NCBI GenBank assembly: GCA_044892525.1
Contig: CM097886.1
Coordinates: forward strand, 126,666,124 to 126,730,000
Source: Schmidtea polychroa
Lineage: Eukaryota
Length of the DNA stretch: 63,877 nt
Direction of reading: 5' to 3'
Below, in pieces: positions 1 to 14,141 of this stretch; position 1 is the stretch's first letter; every line of letters starts with the position of its first letter. The notes below the pieces were generated by a model, which worked only from the letters and a program-made list of their open reading frames with translations, was not told the DNA's origin and did not search any database. A program made the translations under genes and the position numbers.

Positions 1-1958
1 ATAAGAATGAATAGAGAAAAAAATAAACAAAATAGTAACTTTTATTGTGCAAATTGTCATACTAAATGCTATACCCAATCAATATAAGTACAACCGCAAC
101 GGCGATTTTCATCGAATTAAAGATTGAAGACTTTTTTGATAATAGAGTAGACTGATTTTGATTTTTGACACTGCTTTTGAGACAACTACAACGGTCACAT
201 TATATCTTGCTTGGCAACGCAATTGAAATTCGTCCTGGTAATTCCCATTTGTGCAGTAGACAATTTTGGATTGCACCACAATTTTCTAATCATCGAACAC
301 GAAAGAGTTGGTAAATTTGGCGCCACAACCATGTATGCATAACACAGTAAATTGCAATGACTGAAAGTTTGACTGCCAGAAATTGCAGAAATGTGAATTA
401 GAGAAGTCAGGGATGATGATTAGATTATAAATTCCGGCCTCATTGAATAATTGCTGGACATGGTTAATGCTCATTCATATCTAAGGAAATTCTAGAAACA
501 CAATATATAAATGTCACATATTATTAAGCAAAGAGAACTTGATATATTACCCTATTCAATAAAGTTTATAAAATAATTTTATATTTCCGTTAAAATAATT
601 CCGTTTATATTTTAATAATTTACAGTGATAAGACAACTGTTAAAAATGTCTGATTTAAATGTATGTTTACCTGTAACTCACCAAGAGGAATACGAGCGAA
701 TAAAAACTAAAAAGTTAAATACGAATATAATAATTAAATAATGTTGTGGGTCACCAGGTAAAAATAAAAAGGCGACTGAGAAATACAGATGATTAAGTTA
801 AGTGTGATTTCAAATTATGCAATTAATATGTTTTAATTATATTAAGTAATTACTATTTAATTTTTTATAATTTTCATTATAATTAATATATGACTTTTTA
901 CTTATTATTTTATATATTTAATATTTATAACACATCTAATTGCATCTAATTGATTAATTCTCATCTGCATTGATGGGTACACAACCCACGATGACCGCAA
1001 TTCTTCGACCTTACATGCATCTAAAATGAATTTTACTACCAGAGGTCGCCACGAACAAGTGGTGTTCAACCAAAGAGTACGGCGCGGAAATCCATCTTGG
1101 TAGTCGGCATAGTCATAGCGGCTATGCGGGCGAATTAACTTACGATAATTAAAGGGTTAATGACCTCACATAACAATAGGGCCTATCGTACCGAACTCAG
1201 TGTAGTCGGGAAGATTGGTAAAGTTTAATTAAATCGACCTTTTCAGCATTAAATTTACATATTTAAATTGACATTCAATCTACTTTAGAGTACATAACAC
1301 TAGCAGAACCTAAACAGGAAGCATCCTAGACTTAAATCAAACAAAATTAAACACTCTGGTAGCTGGTTAAAGCTAAAGACGCTTATCGTCAATATTACTA
1401 AGAATGGATTTTTTTATCGATCCTATTTGCATTATATATTATCGGAAATCATAAAAATTAATGGTTAGAAAGTTTCCTTTATTTTTAAAAGTCTAACATC
1501 CCTAAATACCCCACGAGTAAATTACTTTTTCAACATAAAAATTGACCCAGTTCATATTTCGAAATGTAGTATCACCAAAATTGCCTTTCGAATAAATACC
1601 ATTTTGATATATGGCGTCTGTACGACGGCCAAAATGCCAAAATTTTACATTAGCTAAATTATGTTTACTTATCATATAGTATCTATATATACTGATAAAG
1701 TATCTAAAAATAAAAGATCGACGTGGATAATAATCCTTTACTGACTTGTATTAGGTTTGTCAACTTTTGCTTATTATTACCTTATACTGATATTCATATC
1801 TATTAGGATTCTCATCCGGTTCCAAATTACTAAATAATTCCATAAATTTTACACTCAAAAACTCGTCTTTCTTATTTTTGTTATTTAAACAAATTTCAAT
1901 TTTTCTTTTAAAATATTTTTCGATAAAAATTTTTTTTTAAATTTAACAAAATTTCTAA

Positions 1959-3500
1959 TTAAATCTTTAAGAATCTTTCAACTTCCTCATATCCCTCCTT
2001 AAGAAATTTTTTAAGTTTTTCCAAGTTTCTTTCAATCTTTTTACCATTCTCGTTTCTTAAGATATATCGTCTGTCATGCACTTTCTCGATCACTTTATAT
2101 GATCCCTCATATCTGTCCTGGCTTTTGTTGCGAGTTTCTAATTTTACTAACAAATCTTCTACGTTGAATTTCATCCTTGTTTGTTCTTATTCTTTCTTTA
2201 CCTGTTTTTCTTTTGACCCATACCATTTTCCCCTGCTAATCTTTTTTTTCCAAAAACTATCTCTGCCGTGCTTTTTCCTGTCGTCTTTTGTTTGGTTGCA
2301 TTTAATGTAAATTCGACTTCTGATAGTATCTCTGTCCAATCCGTCTTCCTTCTGTCTCGTAAAGTAGCATTTATCAGCTCTCGTATTGTCCTGAATTGCC
2401 TTTCTATCTGTTCATTTGTTTGGTGATGGTATGGACTCGAAAAAATAACTTAATATCAAGTTTCTTTGTGAATTCTCTCATCATTCCTGATTCAAACGCC
2501 TTCCCACAATCAACTCTTATTTCCTTTGGGCATCCAAATCTTAAAATCCATTTTTCTAATATCGTTTTCTTTATTGTTTCCTCATTTTCTCTTGTTATAG
2601 CTGTTAAGACTTGATACTTATTATACTGGTCTATTATACCCAATATATAGTTCTTACGTCCTTTTGTATCTTGCATTGGTCCACATATATCAACGAATAT
2701 AATTTCGAACATTTCGGTTGATTATAGTTTTTTTACTGGTTCCTTCGTTGTAATTGTTATAGCCTTGGTTTTTTGACAAGTCTCACAACTTCAAATAGTT
2801 TCCTGAATTTGACTCCACAGGTTTTTCCCAATATATTTATCTTTCATATAATCAGCTATCTTCTCGACTCCAGCATGACACAATAGTCTATGTATTTCCT
2901 TTATGGTTTCTTGTATCTCGTTTTCATGTATCATCGTTTTCTTTCGTAATTCTTCTTTCAAATTTATTTGTTGATTGGTGCTTCTACCTTCTTCTCTGAT
3001 CGAGTCTAGTAATCTAGTTTTTATCTTTCCTTTCTTAGCTTCTTCGTGAGCCATTTGACATTGAACACACGTTTCACATTTAGTTCTGGACACCATGTCT
3101 GCATTTTGGTGATTAACACCCTTTCTATATTCAACGATTATATCCAAACTGCTTAAATAATTGATCCAGGTTTGGAATTGTGAAGTAAACGTGATTGCCT
3201 TGTGGCCTGTCCTTAGTGTGAATCTCCTTCTTATCTTCCACAATATTACTTCTTTCTTAACTTCTTTATTCTATGCACATACTATCAAAATCTTTGCTAT
3301 TATTTTCTCTTTGGTAAATTCTTTATTCTCAAACAACCTGTCGACAAGGTCCTCCATTTTTTTAAAAATATGTTTTAATCTCTTTGCCTCTTCTTTTATA
3401 ATTCAATAAATTTTCCATATCCTTTATTACGTCTCTTTCGTAAACAAATGTCATTCGTAACCTGGCTTGAAATCCTTCTGCTTTTTAACTGTCTTTGCAA
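1959..3500 (-). mobile_element. Degenerate, internally deleted Ty3/Gypsy remnant (possible gag remnant, RNase H end, integrase)
   Basis: RH end FTLRTGHKAITF and YRKGVNHQNADMVSR; integrase Zn finger HRLLCHAG...CETC; core IIFVDICGP, WILRFGCPKEIRVDCGKAFES; GPY/F-like YEGSYKV. Broken by stops and frameshifts; no RT seen. Confidence 0.85.
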
Positions 3501-5576
3501 ATTTCTTCAATAGATCCTCGTCGATCATACATGCAGTCAATCTTTCCTGTTCTTTTTTATTGATGCCTTTGTTGGGCTAGAACTGATTTCTAGACCCAAA
3601 ACTCTAATTTGTGACTGGGGTGCGTGGGTACATAGCACGTAAATAGCAATAAGTTTAGTTAAATGTAAAAAATACATCAAATAAACAATATTAATTAAGA
3701 GGAAAACAATAAAAAAAATAAACACAGAAATTAAAAAAAATGATACAAATGCAAGAAGTATTGCAAGAAACTAATTTAAAGATAACAAAGAAACATAAAA
3801 ATTACAAAACACAGACTCGAATAACTTCGAAAGATAGTAAAACATTAAAATTTCTAGAAAATTCCCGAACACTTCATAAGCATGGCGACATCCATCATAA
3901 AAGCCATATAGATCAATAAAAGTTAACAAAAATAAATAAATTAGTTATAAAAATAAAAATTCGAAAAAGAAATTAAGAAAAACATCATTAAAATAAAAAT
4001 CAATTTAAATTTAATATGGAATGTTCTGGAATCGTTCCAAATCCATCATGGAGGTAAATTTAACAAAAATTAATTAAAAAATAAAAATTATGGCAATAAA
4101 ATTGCCATTAAAATCATTAAAAATAGAAAATTCTAGAATAAAAAGGAATTCGAGTTTGTTTTAATGCATCAATACATATACGTACTTGCACACACAAAAA
4201 TAGGTATATATATATCAACGCATTTCAGTCACAAATAATCTTTATGTCAATTTTATTGTGTTAAACTGTTATTTCGAGATCCTATTAAAAAGTAAGCATG
4301 ATTGATTGTATAAAATTCGTTCCTTTTAGCATGCGAGAGGGATCAGCATCGAATGAAATTATCTTCGATTTTGATCCGTCTTACATCCAAATATTTTTTA
4401 TAAACTACAACGTCACTGAGCACGCAGCCTTGGCGTATGCAGGCCACTGCCTGGCACGCACCTTTATATTATGCATTGGGGGGTCGTCGGAGGTCGCACC
4501 GACTCGGTAGTATATGCCTCTGGGTTCGTCGATAAATTACCTCTGGTACGACGGAGTTCTTGGAACTCGTTATTGATATTATAGTACGGTAGTGTATTAC
4601 CGATGCACATACACATTAGGGCTTGCCGTAGTGAGCACAGTGAGGCCACGAAAACAAGCAATTTTCTTTAAATCGACTTTAGTTTCATATATAAAAAAAA
4701 ACGGGTGTGCAGAACTCATACTGCGCCTATGCATTTCGGAGCGAGAAGATGATGTGGAACTAAAGCTTAATGAGTCGTTTCTTATCACGACAAGTTCAGG
4801 ATTCAGAAATAATAAACAACCGTTCACCGAGATGGCCAAATGGCGGAAGCAAAAATTATGTCAAAGAAAACAGCTATGGTATGAGACGCTACGGAATGCA
4901 TATGAGTAGTGTGGAGGTGCACGACATATTACCAAAAATCAATACTGGGAATCCAAAGTCACTCAAACGAAATTTCCCCTTAATTTATGACTCAGAAGTA
5001 GATGAATTCTAAACCGATTAATAGTTTTATATCCACCATAATAGACCCTGATTTACTCTATGGTTAATGATAATTTTCATATTTTATATTTAATGCTAAT
5101 AATAACGATTTAGGTACAGGTTCTACTGATAATTTTATCTATATATAATTACTATAATTTTGCAAATTAACCCTCTAATGCATCATGCATGCCCGAATTA
5201 ACCTCTTCGTAGGCCCTAGGCACTTTTACCTTTAACCCTATCGAATAGTTTTTTGCCGGTATCCCTAATGAAGTCAGATGTGGTTTATTTTTAAAATGCG
5301 TTAATTTAATTCCAAAGTGTTTTTGTTTAACAACACTTTATTTAAATAACAAAGTTTATTTTCATTCCATATTGGTTTATTTTATGAATGTTATTTTGTG
5401 AATATTATATTGGTGCCTTTATTTCGCTTTATAACGTTTTTCTACTACGATCGAAATTACATGAAGATTATGGGTAAGGGTATAAACGATTTATAAAATT
5501 TATTTTTCAAATAATGCCCTATTTATAAAAAATACGTATGAATATTACTGATTTAACCCCAATCACAATTAAAAAC

Positions 5577-5768
5577 NNNNNNNNNNNNNNNNNNNNNNNN
5601 NNNNNNNNNNNNNNNNNNNNNNNNNNNNNNNNNNNNNNNNNNNNNNNNNNNNNNNNNNNNNNNNNNNNNNNNNNNNNNNNNNNNNNNNNNNNNNNNNNNN
5701 NNNNNNNNNNNNNNNNNNNNNNNNNNNNNNNNNNNNNNNNNNNNNNNNNNNNNNNNNNNNNNNNNNNN
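5577..5768. other. Assembly gap (N run)
   Basis: 192 consecutive N. Confidence 1.
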
Positions 5769-5913
5769 CGATCGGACAAAACCCCTTTTCATAATACGCC
5801 GAGCTCGAAGAGAACATTTCTAGATAAATCAACTATCCTAGATAGCGAAGCCAATGATAGTAATTTAAATCACAGGTATAAATGATAATATCAATGAGAT
5901 TCCAAAGTTTAAA

Positions 5914-6080
5914 AAAATCATTTTCCGATTTCATTTATTCCAAATACCGGATTACTGAATCACTTTAAGTTACACGTATAAATTATAATACTAATGAAAT
6001 TCTAATATAAAAATAAAAAGTTAAAAATCATTTTCCGATTTCATTTATTCGAAATAACAGTTTACCGGATCACTTTAAAT
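5914..6080. repeat. Pair of imperfect ~60-bp direct repeats
   Basis: aaaaatcattttccgatttcatttattc(c/g)aaata...atcacttta at ~5914 and ~6024. Confidence 0.75.
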
Positions 6081-9000
6081 TTAATAATCCATCTTTAAAG
6101 TTCAATCTCCAAAATTTTAGTTTGTTGAATTACACAGGATGTCCAGTTTATATCTTTCTAGTTAGTTCTAGATTTACTTCTAACAATCGGGTATCTAAAT
6201 AACACTTTCTAAAGGTTGATATTTATGAATTATAACACTAACTTGAATTTTGATAACCATACCAGCTTCGATATGCCTTAACTGCACTGCATTTGACGTT
6301 CTATTACTAGCTTATCCCTGTAGACCCAACCTCGTATAAATTTCTCTTCTATGATAGTTTTTTCAGGATAAATCTTCTTGGAATATAATCGACTGAAAAT
6401 GAACAGTAAAAATAAATAATAGGAAATCGTTTTCAATTACTTAAAATCTTAGCGATATCAATTTTGCATTATCAAAAAACACAAACAAATATTTTAAAAA
6501 TAAAATTATTCTCACCGATTTAAAAGTTCATCGTAAATGAATAACTTTAAACAAAAGGAAAAGAAAATTAATAACGACAATATAACAATCGAAAATGGCA
6601 ATCGACGTGATTTATTAACTAAAAAGAGCATTAATCTATAATCAAAAATTTAGAATGTCGCAATCCAGTGATCACAGTGAGGAAGACCGAGGTGACGTGA
6701 CGACTACACGCCTTCACTCCAGACATATCTGGCAGCACATTCACAGGTGGAACCAGGGACGGGACCTGGACAGTTCGGATCGCATAATCCGGAATGGGCC
6801 TGAGGCCAATGCCCCGGCGTGGGTGAAATCAGAACCAAGTAATAACTGGCTCGTAGAGGCACGAGACCGCACCCTTGGTGCCATCGCCAGAGCCCAATAT
6901 GAGCTCCAACTGATCGAGGACCAGATTCGTGCAGTCGAAGCCAACCGGCCGGCCCATCGAGGAGGCCGAAGTTGAGCCGATATCGGAGAAAAATCGAGGC
7001 AGGCCCCGCAAGAAGGCTCCCGAAGTTGAAACCCGACGGAAATCCACGATCGCGTGACAATCTATTTTATTATTTTGGTTGTAGTGATTTTTAGTAATTT
7101 ATGACTCCTGTATTATTAATAAATGAAATTGTTTTAAAAATAGTTTATCATTTAAGTTGGGCATTAAGGTTTAACACGCTTCCATAGGGGCTCAGTATCT
7201 CATATATGTCTATAAAAGATTAACCTCGGAGGCGCCTACAAGTGTCAGTGTACAAGTTATTCGAAGGCCTCCGAAAAGATAGAGAGCAGGCTCAGCAACA
7301 GGTCGAGCGACTCTAATCCAGCATCAACAAGTTTAAGGAACGTTGCTGGAACATGGAACGAAAGTCGCACACACACAAGCATTTAAAGCAGATTGAGCAG
7401 TTGCAGCTCCAGAGCGCTCATGACAAAACCGAGATACGCGCCCTGAAATTACAGATGCGAGCCATGGAAACTAAGTTAAATCAGAAAACTATAGACGAAC
7501 ACGACACGGCAGCCATCCGACCAATGGCTACAGAATTGGCCGAAATTCACCCAGCCAAGCCCAAGCCCAAACGAAAGCGGCTAGGCCGAGATGGTCGTGA
7601 GCGAATTAAATGACTGCGACTGGCCGAGCAAGGACCTGAACCAGAATCATCAAAGTTAAAACCGCTTGATGATTAATGAACAAAACCTGACTAATTTATA
7701 AATAAAATTTTGATGTTGAAGTCATGCGTGTCGAATGATGAAGTGTAGCGACAAGCTGTGCGATTTTGGGAAAACAATAGAGGTAAGGGACCAATGAAAT
7801 CGGACATAAATCTTCTATCGATAGTCCGCAGACCCAAAGAGTACCCGACAATTATAGTGCAAGTAGTGTGCTCACTTTTTGCGAGTACACACCTAGTTGA
7901 CACATTACCAGCGATGATCACTCATCGGGTGTCCATTGGTAGAATTAACCTTGTATTCTGGGTTACGCTGGAAACAGCACGAAAGGGTGAGATGTCTGAC
8001 CACCTTTAACATCGAAATAAATATCGCATCTTCTCATGAATTTTTTCAAATCATCACCTTGACAAAACACCTTTGGCAACATCTTCCTAATATGATTTAA
8101 AATTATGATCTTTTACTCATCCATTTAAATTACGATCATTACGTTATGATTTAATATTACCAACCTATACCCACTAACTATCCTGTCTTACTGGAAATTA
8201 TCTGTTATAATTTTCTAGTTTAATTTATAACAGTAACCCGTGTTCCGTGATTACTCTATCAGTGTTCCGCGAAAAAAATGACATTTTATCTTTAAATTTG
8301 CATTTAAGATATATATCATCAAAAACCCCAATTAATTTTTTTTATAAGATAATTAGGAAGTTGATCTTGAAAGTTATTGCTAACTTGACGCTCCTGTAAA
8401 ATTTTGGTTTCCCTACCACTCACTAGAAAAGTTCTAGTAGGGTCATATGCATGGGTTCTCCATCTTCCACTAGCCGGGCCTCAGGTGAACCGAACCATCC
8501 GGATTTCGACCATTGAAAAACTAGTGACCAATTTGCTAGAATTTATGCAGTGGCATGGCACAAATGGCAGCCTGCACACAATTCTAATTTCTACCAAACC
8601 GATTTTCTAAATAGCCATCGTCACCACCCCCCCCCCCCCCCCCCATTCAATTAATTTCAGGACCCGAAGGAGGAGCTGTTCCAGGCATTCTCGCAGGTCT
8701 ATCCATTAATCAGTTGGTTACTTGCATTTTTGGGCTGTCTAAAAAAAATAATATCTGCAACGCATTAAGATAAAGGCTGTTTAGAGAAAAACTTATTTAA
8801 ATGTTAACATTTCTAAAAATCAATATCACATAAAAATTACTTAAAGAAGAAAAATTAAGAATATACAACCAATGTTACCTGTGAATAACAATAATTGGCA
8901 TATACTGAAAAATGGTTATGTTTGGTCAAAAATTTTGTTGGTTTTTTCGTTTTTCTCTGGCTTTTGGAGCAGTCTATATTGGCTAATGGCGAGTTTTGTT

Positions 9001-9438
9001 AATAAAAAAAATTCAATAAAAAAAATGGTTAAATTTAATCTAATTTAATTTGTTTCTTATTTAGTATATCTAATTTTTATATAAGATTTTAAATGAATTT
9101 ATACTTGCTTTTTTAACTTTTCTTCCAATATGTTTCCAAATTGTAACTTATTTTGTTATTAATTTTAATTATTTTTAATTGGTGTTCTTTTATGATTTCT
9201 ACTGGACTTTTTGCGGTATTCGTGCTGTTTTGGCTTGATCCAATCAGTTTTAATTTTTAATTTAAATAACTTAATTATTAATTAATGGCCTTCTGGCCCA
9301 ACAGCAGCGACCGTTATTAGTCAGCACGATTATTTCAGTGAATGACAAGAAATTGTTGAAATTTCATTACACAATCTATCAAAGAAATAAAATATTTAAG
9401 AGGTAGCAACAAAAGCAAATTACAGCAATCTGAATTAT

Positions 9439-9473
<35 letters not shown>

Positions 9474-9651
9474 TAATAATGTAAAAATTTTTTTACGGTT
9501 ATCTAACATTTGAATAATATAAACATTACATATATTTACATATATATTTAAGCAATTATATTATTTATATTACATTTAGTCAGAGGCCTCCTAGAAGCCA
9601 TGGGTAAAACACTATTTTTCCGGAGTGGGAAAGAGCCGTTAATTCTGACAG

Positions 9652-10053
9652 ATGAGCAAAGAGAGTACCGTAGAGAATGTTAGTGATGTTTTGAGATATA
9701 TCATATTAATGACTGAAGACTCTTATACAGTGGCTCGTCAAGAGATGTGGAAATCAGATGGAATAGTGACAAAGGTCTGTCAAGTGCCTGAATTGACGGC
9801 ATCGTATTCAGAAGGTCAATGGACATCATTGGGTGATGCTCGAGGATTGAGTCATTCTATGTCTGCGCTCTACAATCCTCCAAGCAGCGGTGAATGCGCC
9901 ATTTGTCTAGACAATCCTCGAGATTGCCTATTAGAGCCTTGTCGACATTTGATTTTGTGCCAGAAATGTGCTTCCATGCTTTTATTACGAAATGATTACT
10001 GTCCAATGTGTCGGTCACAAATCCAGAGCACTGGAGGCGTTTATTTGTCCTAG
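9652..10053 (+). CDS. C3HC4 RING-finger protein (probably the 3' exon of a longer E3 ligase gene)
   Basis: CAICLDNPRDCLLEPCRHLILCQKC...CPMCR at the C-terminus; in-frame TGA just upstream and a cag acceptor-like site directly before the ATG. Confidence 0.75.
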   Translation: MSKESTVENVSDVLRYIILMTEDSYTVARQEMWKSDGIVTKVCQVPELTASYSEGQWTSLGDARGLSHSMSALYNPPSSGECAICLDNPRDCLLEPCRHLILCQKCASMLLLRNDYCPMCRSQIQSTGGVYLS

Positions 10054-10990
10054 GATTTCTAGAAAATTTACGGCATTTATCTGTGCATATATGCTATGAT
10101 TGTTTTATTCCAAATAAGAAAATTCATAAATACATTCGCCTTCCCTCATCTAAATGAGGTCACATAATTTATTAATTTTCCCAGATTACTTTTGATTGGT
10201 AAGCCGAAATCCATTAGCACCAATTGAACAACAGAATAATAACTTATGCCAGTTAGAATTCCAGGTTGATGAAAATTTATTTATCTTAGTTTTGCACGGT
10301 ACCTTATCACTGTCCTTATTCTTATTTTTATTCTAAATGTGATATATTTATTTCATTGATGTATTGTTTGTATATTTATTAATAAAATTCGTTCCTCGTT
10401 CTATTCAATTATACCGAACAACCACAACGAATTACCATTTGATTTGCAATCAGTGATGAGTAGAAACATCAGTAATTCGGAAGACTACAACTAGAAAATA
10501 AGTAACTGGTCCTCATGACAACTACAATAATAGGTATTGTAAAATCAATTCAAATTGGGATCAGGCCATTATCAGGCCTACAAACCAAAACTAAACATAT
10601 TAACATGTATTAACTATTGATGCTATGACTACCCAGGATAAGTTTTTCTCTGAATCTAATTGTCAGTGGCCATCAGTGAGCAGAACGATAATAAAAAGAA
10701 AATGCAACATGTATTTGCAAAATGACAACAGAAATCATCGATCAACAAAATGATTATATATGAAGAGAGCGAGACAGACAAATATCGGCCAATCAAAGTC
10801 AGTCCCAATCTATGTTGCTATCGGCAACGACGTATTCCACATTTGATACCACCACAACAGCAATAATCAATATAATAATAATAATAATGATAATCAACAA
10901 TAATAACAATATAATCAATAAAATTGCAAAACTAGTACGAATCCTAGATCTAGCATTGGAAAACCAAATATGTCATCACAAGTAAAATCA

Positions 10991-13900
10991 TCAGCATCGC
11001 GTCTCGTATAATCCACTCTTACCGATGTAGCGCACCCATTTGATGACCTCATGGTCAGAATAGTTCAACTTCGATTCAAATACTTTCAGATATCGCACTT
11101 TGAATCCCGACGGTGCAAATGGAACCTAAATGGAGAAATTTAATGACAAATCAATACTGTGAGCACAATTTATAATTGACAATTTGTAAGGGAGCGTGAT
11201 ATACATTTGCATAATGGCTGTCACCCAATGACATCAATACATCATTGGCTACTCTTGCTCACTGTGTTCCTTGGCGCCTTGTATTGCGATTAGTCAAATA
11301 GANNNNNNNNNNNNNNNNNNNNNNNNNNNNNNNNNNNNNNNNNNNNNNNNNNNNNNNNNNNNNNNNNNNNNNNNNNNNNNNNNNNNNNNNNNNNNNNNNN
11401 NNNNNNNNNNNNNNNNNNNNNNNNNNNNNNNNNNNNNNNNNNNNNNNNNNNNNNNNNNNNNNNNNNNNNNNNNNACTCCAAACATACCTCGAAATTCATT
11501 GAGATCGGGGGACGAGTCCAGCGCTTCTGCCTATCACCGACAGTGAGTAAATCAATTTCCGCTGACAATTGGCAATCTTTCATTCCTGCCATTCGCTTGA
11601 TCCTGATTTAAGGAAAAATAGAATAAATCAATCAATAAAAAAATAGATATTCACTCACTTCCACACGATCGCGTTCTCAGCAGCCTTGTATTTCGCTTTG
11701 CCCTTCATGCAAATAACTTGCACTCCACTTGTGTTTGTAGGAGTCGGGATTCGCACTTCCACTTTCTGAGCGAAGAAATTTGGCTTGAAGTTTGCCTTGA
11801 CAACGAGCTTGACCTCCATGCGGGACTTGCCCATTTCTCGGACGAGTGGAATGACGCGGAATGGCAAATTAATCTCCTATATTACGACACGACAGATCAG
11901 CTAATCACCATCAGGCACAACTCAATCTTACCTTGGTCGTTCTGTACCGCATTAGCTCGAACTCTCCGTCGGGAGGAATAAAGGAAATCGTGTGCTCGGT
12001 CTCAAATCTGCCTAACTTGACGCACTGGTGGAATTGGCAATCGTCAATGGCGATACTTGACCCACTGCTCTTGTTGCCACTACTGGCACTGGAATTAGCA
12101 ATCAATATTGTGAGCTGTTAATGTTGATCAATATGTGATCCCTATCGAATCATATAGCGATAGGAAGGAGACCCAGGAAAGATTATGCTGTTGCAATTGC
12201 CTAATAAACCGAATTGGCGATGAAAAGATCTACATATTTCAAGGACAACGAGAAAGATGGATTTTAGGAGAAAACTAATAAATGGATTAAGTGCCCTAAT
12301 AGCACCAATTCAATAGTTGACACGTGAATGTTTAAGTGACAAATTGAGATTTGATCAATGTAACAGCATGTTTATTGTGGAAGCAGCATCAGTAATAGAC
12401 AATTAAACCCAAGCAAACAATAGCTGGCGACTAATGGATATCATAAACTTCTCAATTCATCAAGCGGATCAATCAATTGTGAGAGCATCCATTAGCTAGT
12501 AGATGAAATAATAAAAAAAATTATATCGATTGATATTAATGATAATTATTATCGGTGAATTTAGAAGAATCGGCGGCATTTAATAGTAGGGATCATAATA
12601 ATTTGCTCAGTTACGGTAAATAATTTTGGGTCATATTCACCGGGTGACTTGTTAGGCTTTCCTGATCAAATGTCATCAGATGAGATATATTTTATTGATC
12701 TATCTCACCAATCAATTGCACCAATCAATATCGATATGTTGAAATCATAAATTATCGATTACCAAGCAATCAATAGATGAATTTGCGCAGCGAATACTAA
12801 TCGAATCAATAAATGGCCCAATCGGGCGCATGCACATCGATACAGACACCTACCCAAGGTTATCATGCTTAGAATTGGCCCCTAACAACACCTTACATGC
12901 ATGCATTTTATCCCTAGCAACGGTTGCCATGCATTTAATTAGCCCCTCCTCATCGGGACAAACGGACAACAATCAAACAGTTGCCACCAACGACATGACA
13001 AGCGACAACGACAATATAAACAAACTCACCCGCTCGTCCTGAAATCCCTGCACAAGTGACACAAATAAATTCCATTCAATATACAATCAAATCTCATCTA
13101 ACTCACCCTTTATCATCGCGATTCTTGCTCTCGAGGCTCAGCTTATCGTTGAATCCAAATTTGCAGTCGGGCATGCCACTGAGGAATGATTTCATGATGA
13201 CCTTGCCCGCGACATGGGCGGATAGTATCTGACCTGTGAACAATATTGGTGCGTAAATTTGACTAGTACAATAGGGTGAAGGGATAGGAGTTATTTGTCC
13301 AACCTACCATACAGAACAGTATATTTACCTTGGGGTGACATCAGTAGGTTCACTGATTCGATCACGTCCAAAAATAGCTCGTTGCGACGATATTTTATGC
13401 CTTCTCGACGCCACCCGATCTGACCAGTAACTTGATTAGTAATTTGAGTGGTTTCCTCCTTCGTAGTCGACTTGATTCCAGCTTGAGTTATGTATGTCTT
13501 GAGTATGCCGGTGTCAGTATTTTGGGGGTAGCCATAATCGAGAATTTCTACAATATTGAGAATTTAATCGGATAATTTATTATTTCCTTTCAATCAGTTT
13601 CTATGGAGATTATACTAGATCAGTAAGCACTGCCAACAGACTGTCAATTCCGACAATGAATTATACAATAATTGATGCGGCACAAAAACAGTTTATTACA
13701 CAACAAAAAACTACAACTTTAAATAGGAATTTTTAAATTACAATTTAATTAATGATTAATTACTAGTAATAAAATTTATATGATTTAGTAGAAATGCTTA
13801 CCATCTAATAATTCATAAATCAGAACAAAATTATTTTTGATATTTTCTTCATTAACTTTTCCAAAATATTGTCCCATTACATCAAGCATACGATGCAAAA

Positions 13901-14141
13901 ATTGGAACACCATGACAGCATTGACATTAGTTCTAGCAACTGCACAAAGCCAAATACTACCTCGTTTAACATGAAAAAAACTAGTTCTAGCTATATTTGT
14001 TACAGGACTTCTGACTTGTTGCCTAGCATGAATAACATTGACTCTGAATGCGTCAACAACATTTCGACTTAAGTCATTACGAAAAATTCGAGAAATTAGC
14101 ACCTCTCCTTTATGATTATAAATAAAAAATCCCCCGATCAT
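10991..14141 (-). CDS. AP2M1: AP-2 complex subunit mu. Exons 13802-14141, 13329-13547, 13107-13233, 13030-13038 (or -13047), 11932-12088, 11659-11876, 11488-11602, 10991-11125; ~439 aa
   Basis: [18 protein letters not shown]..., [62 protein letters not shown]...YETRC*; all junctions GT-AG with consistent phases. Confidence 0.97.
11303..11474. other. Assembly gap (N run) inside the last AP2M1 intron
   Basis: 172 consecutive N. Confidence 1.

Noticed and set aside
742-760. tRNA-Trp-like PBS (TGGTGACCC) on the minus strand
   Set aside because: Only 9 nt match, and no associated LTR pair was found.
5519-5885. ORFs containing X runs (also 11271-11592)
   Set aside because: Artefacts of translating through N gaps.
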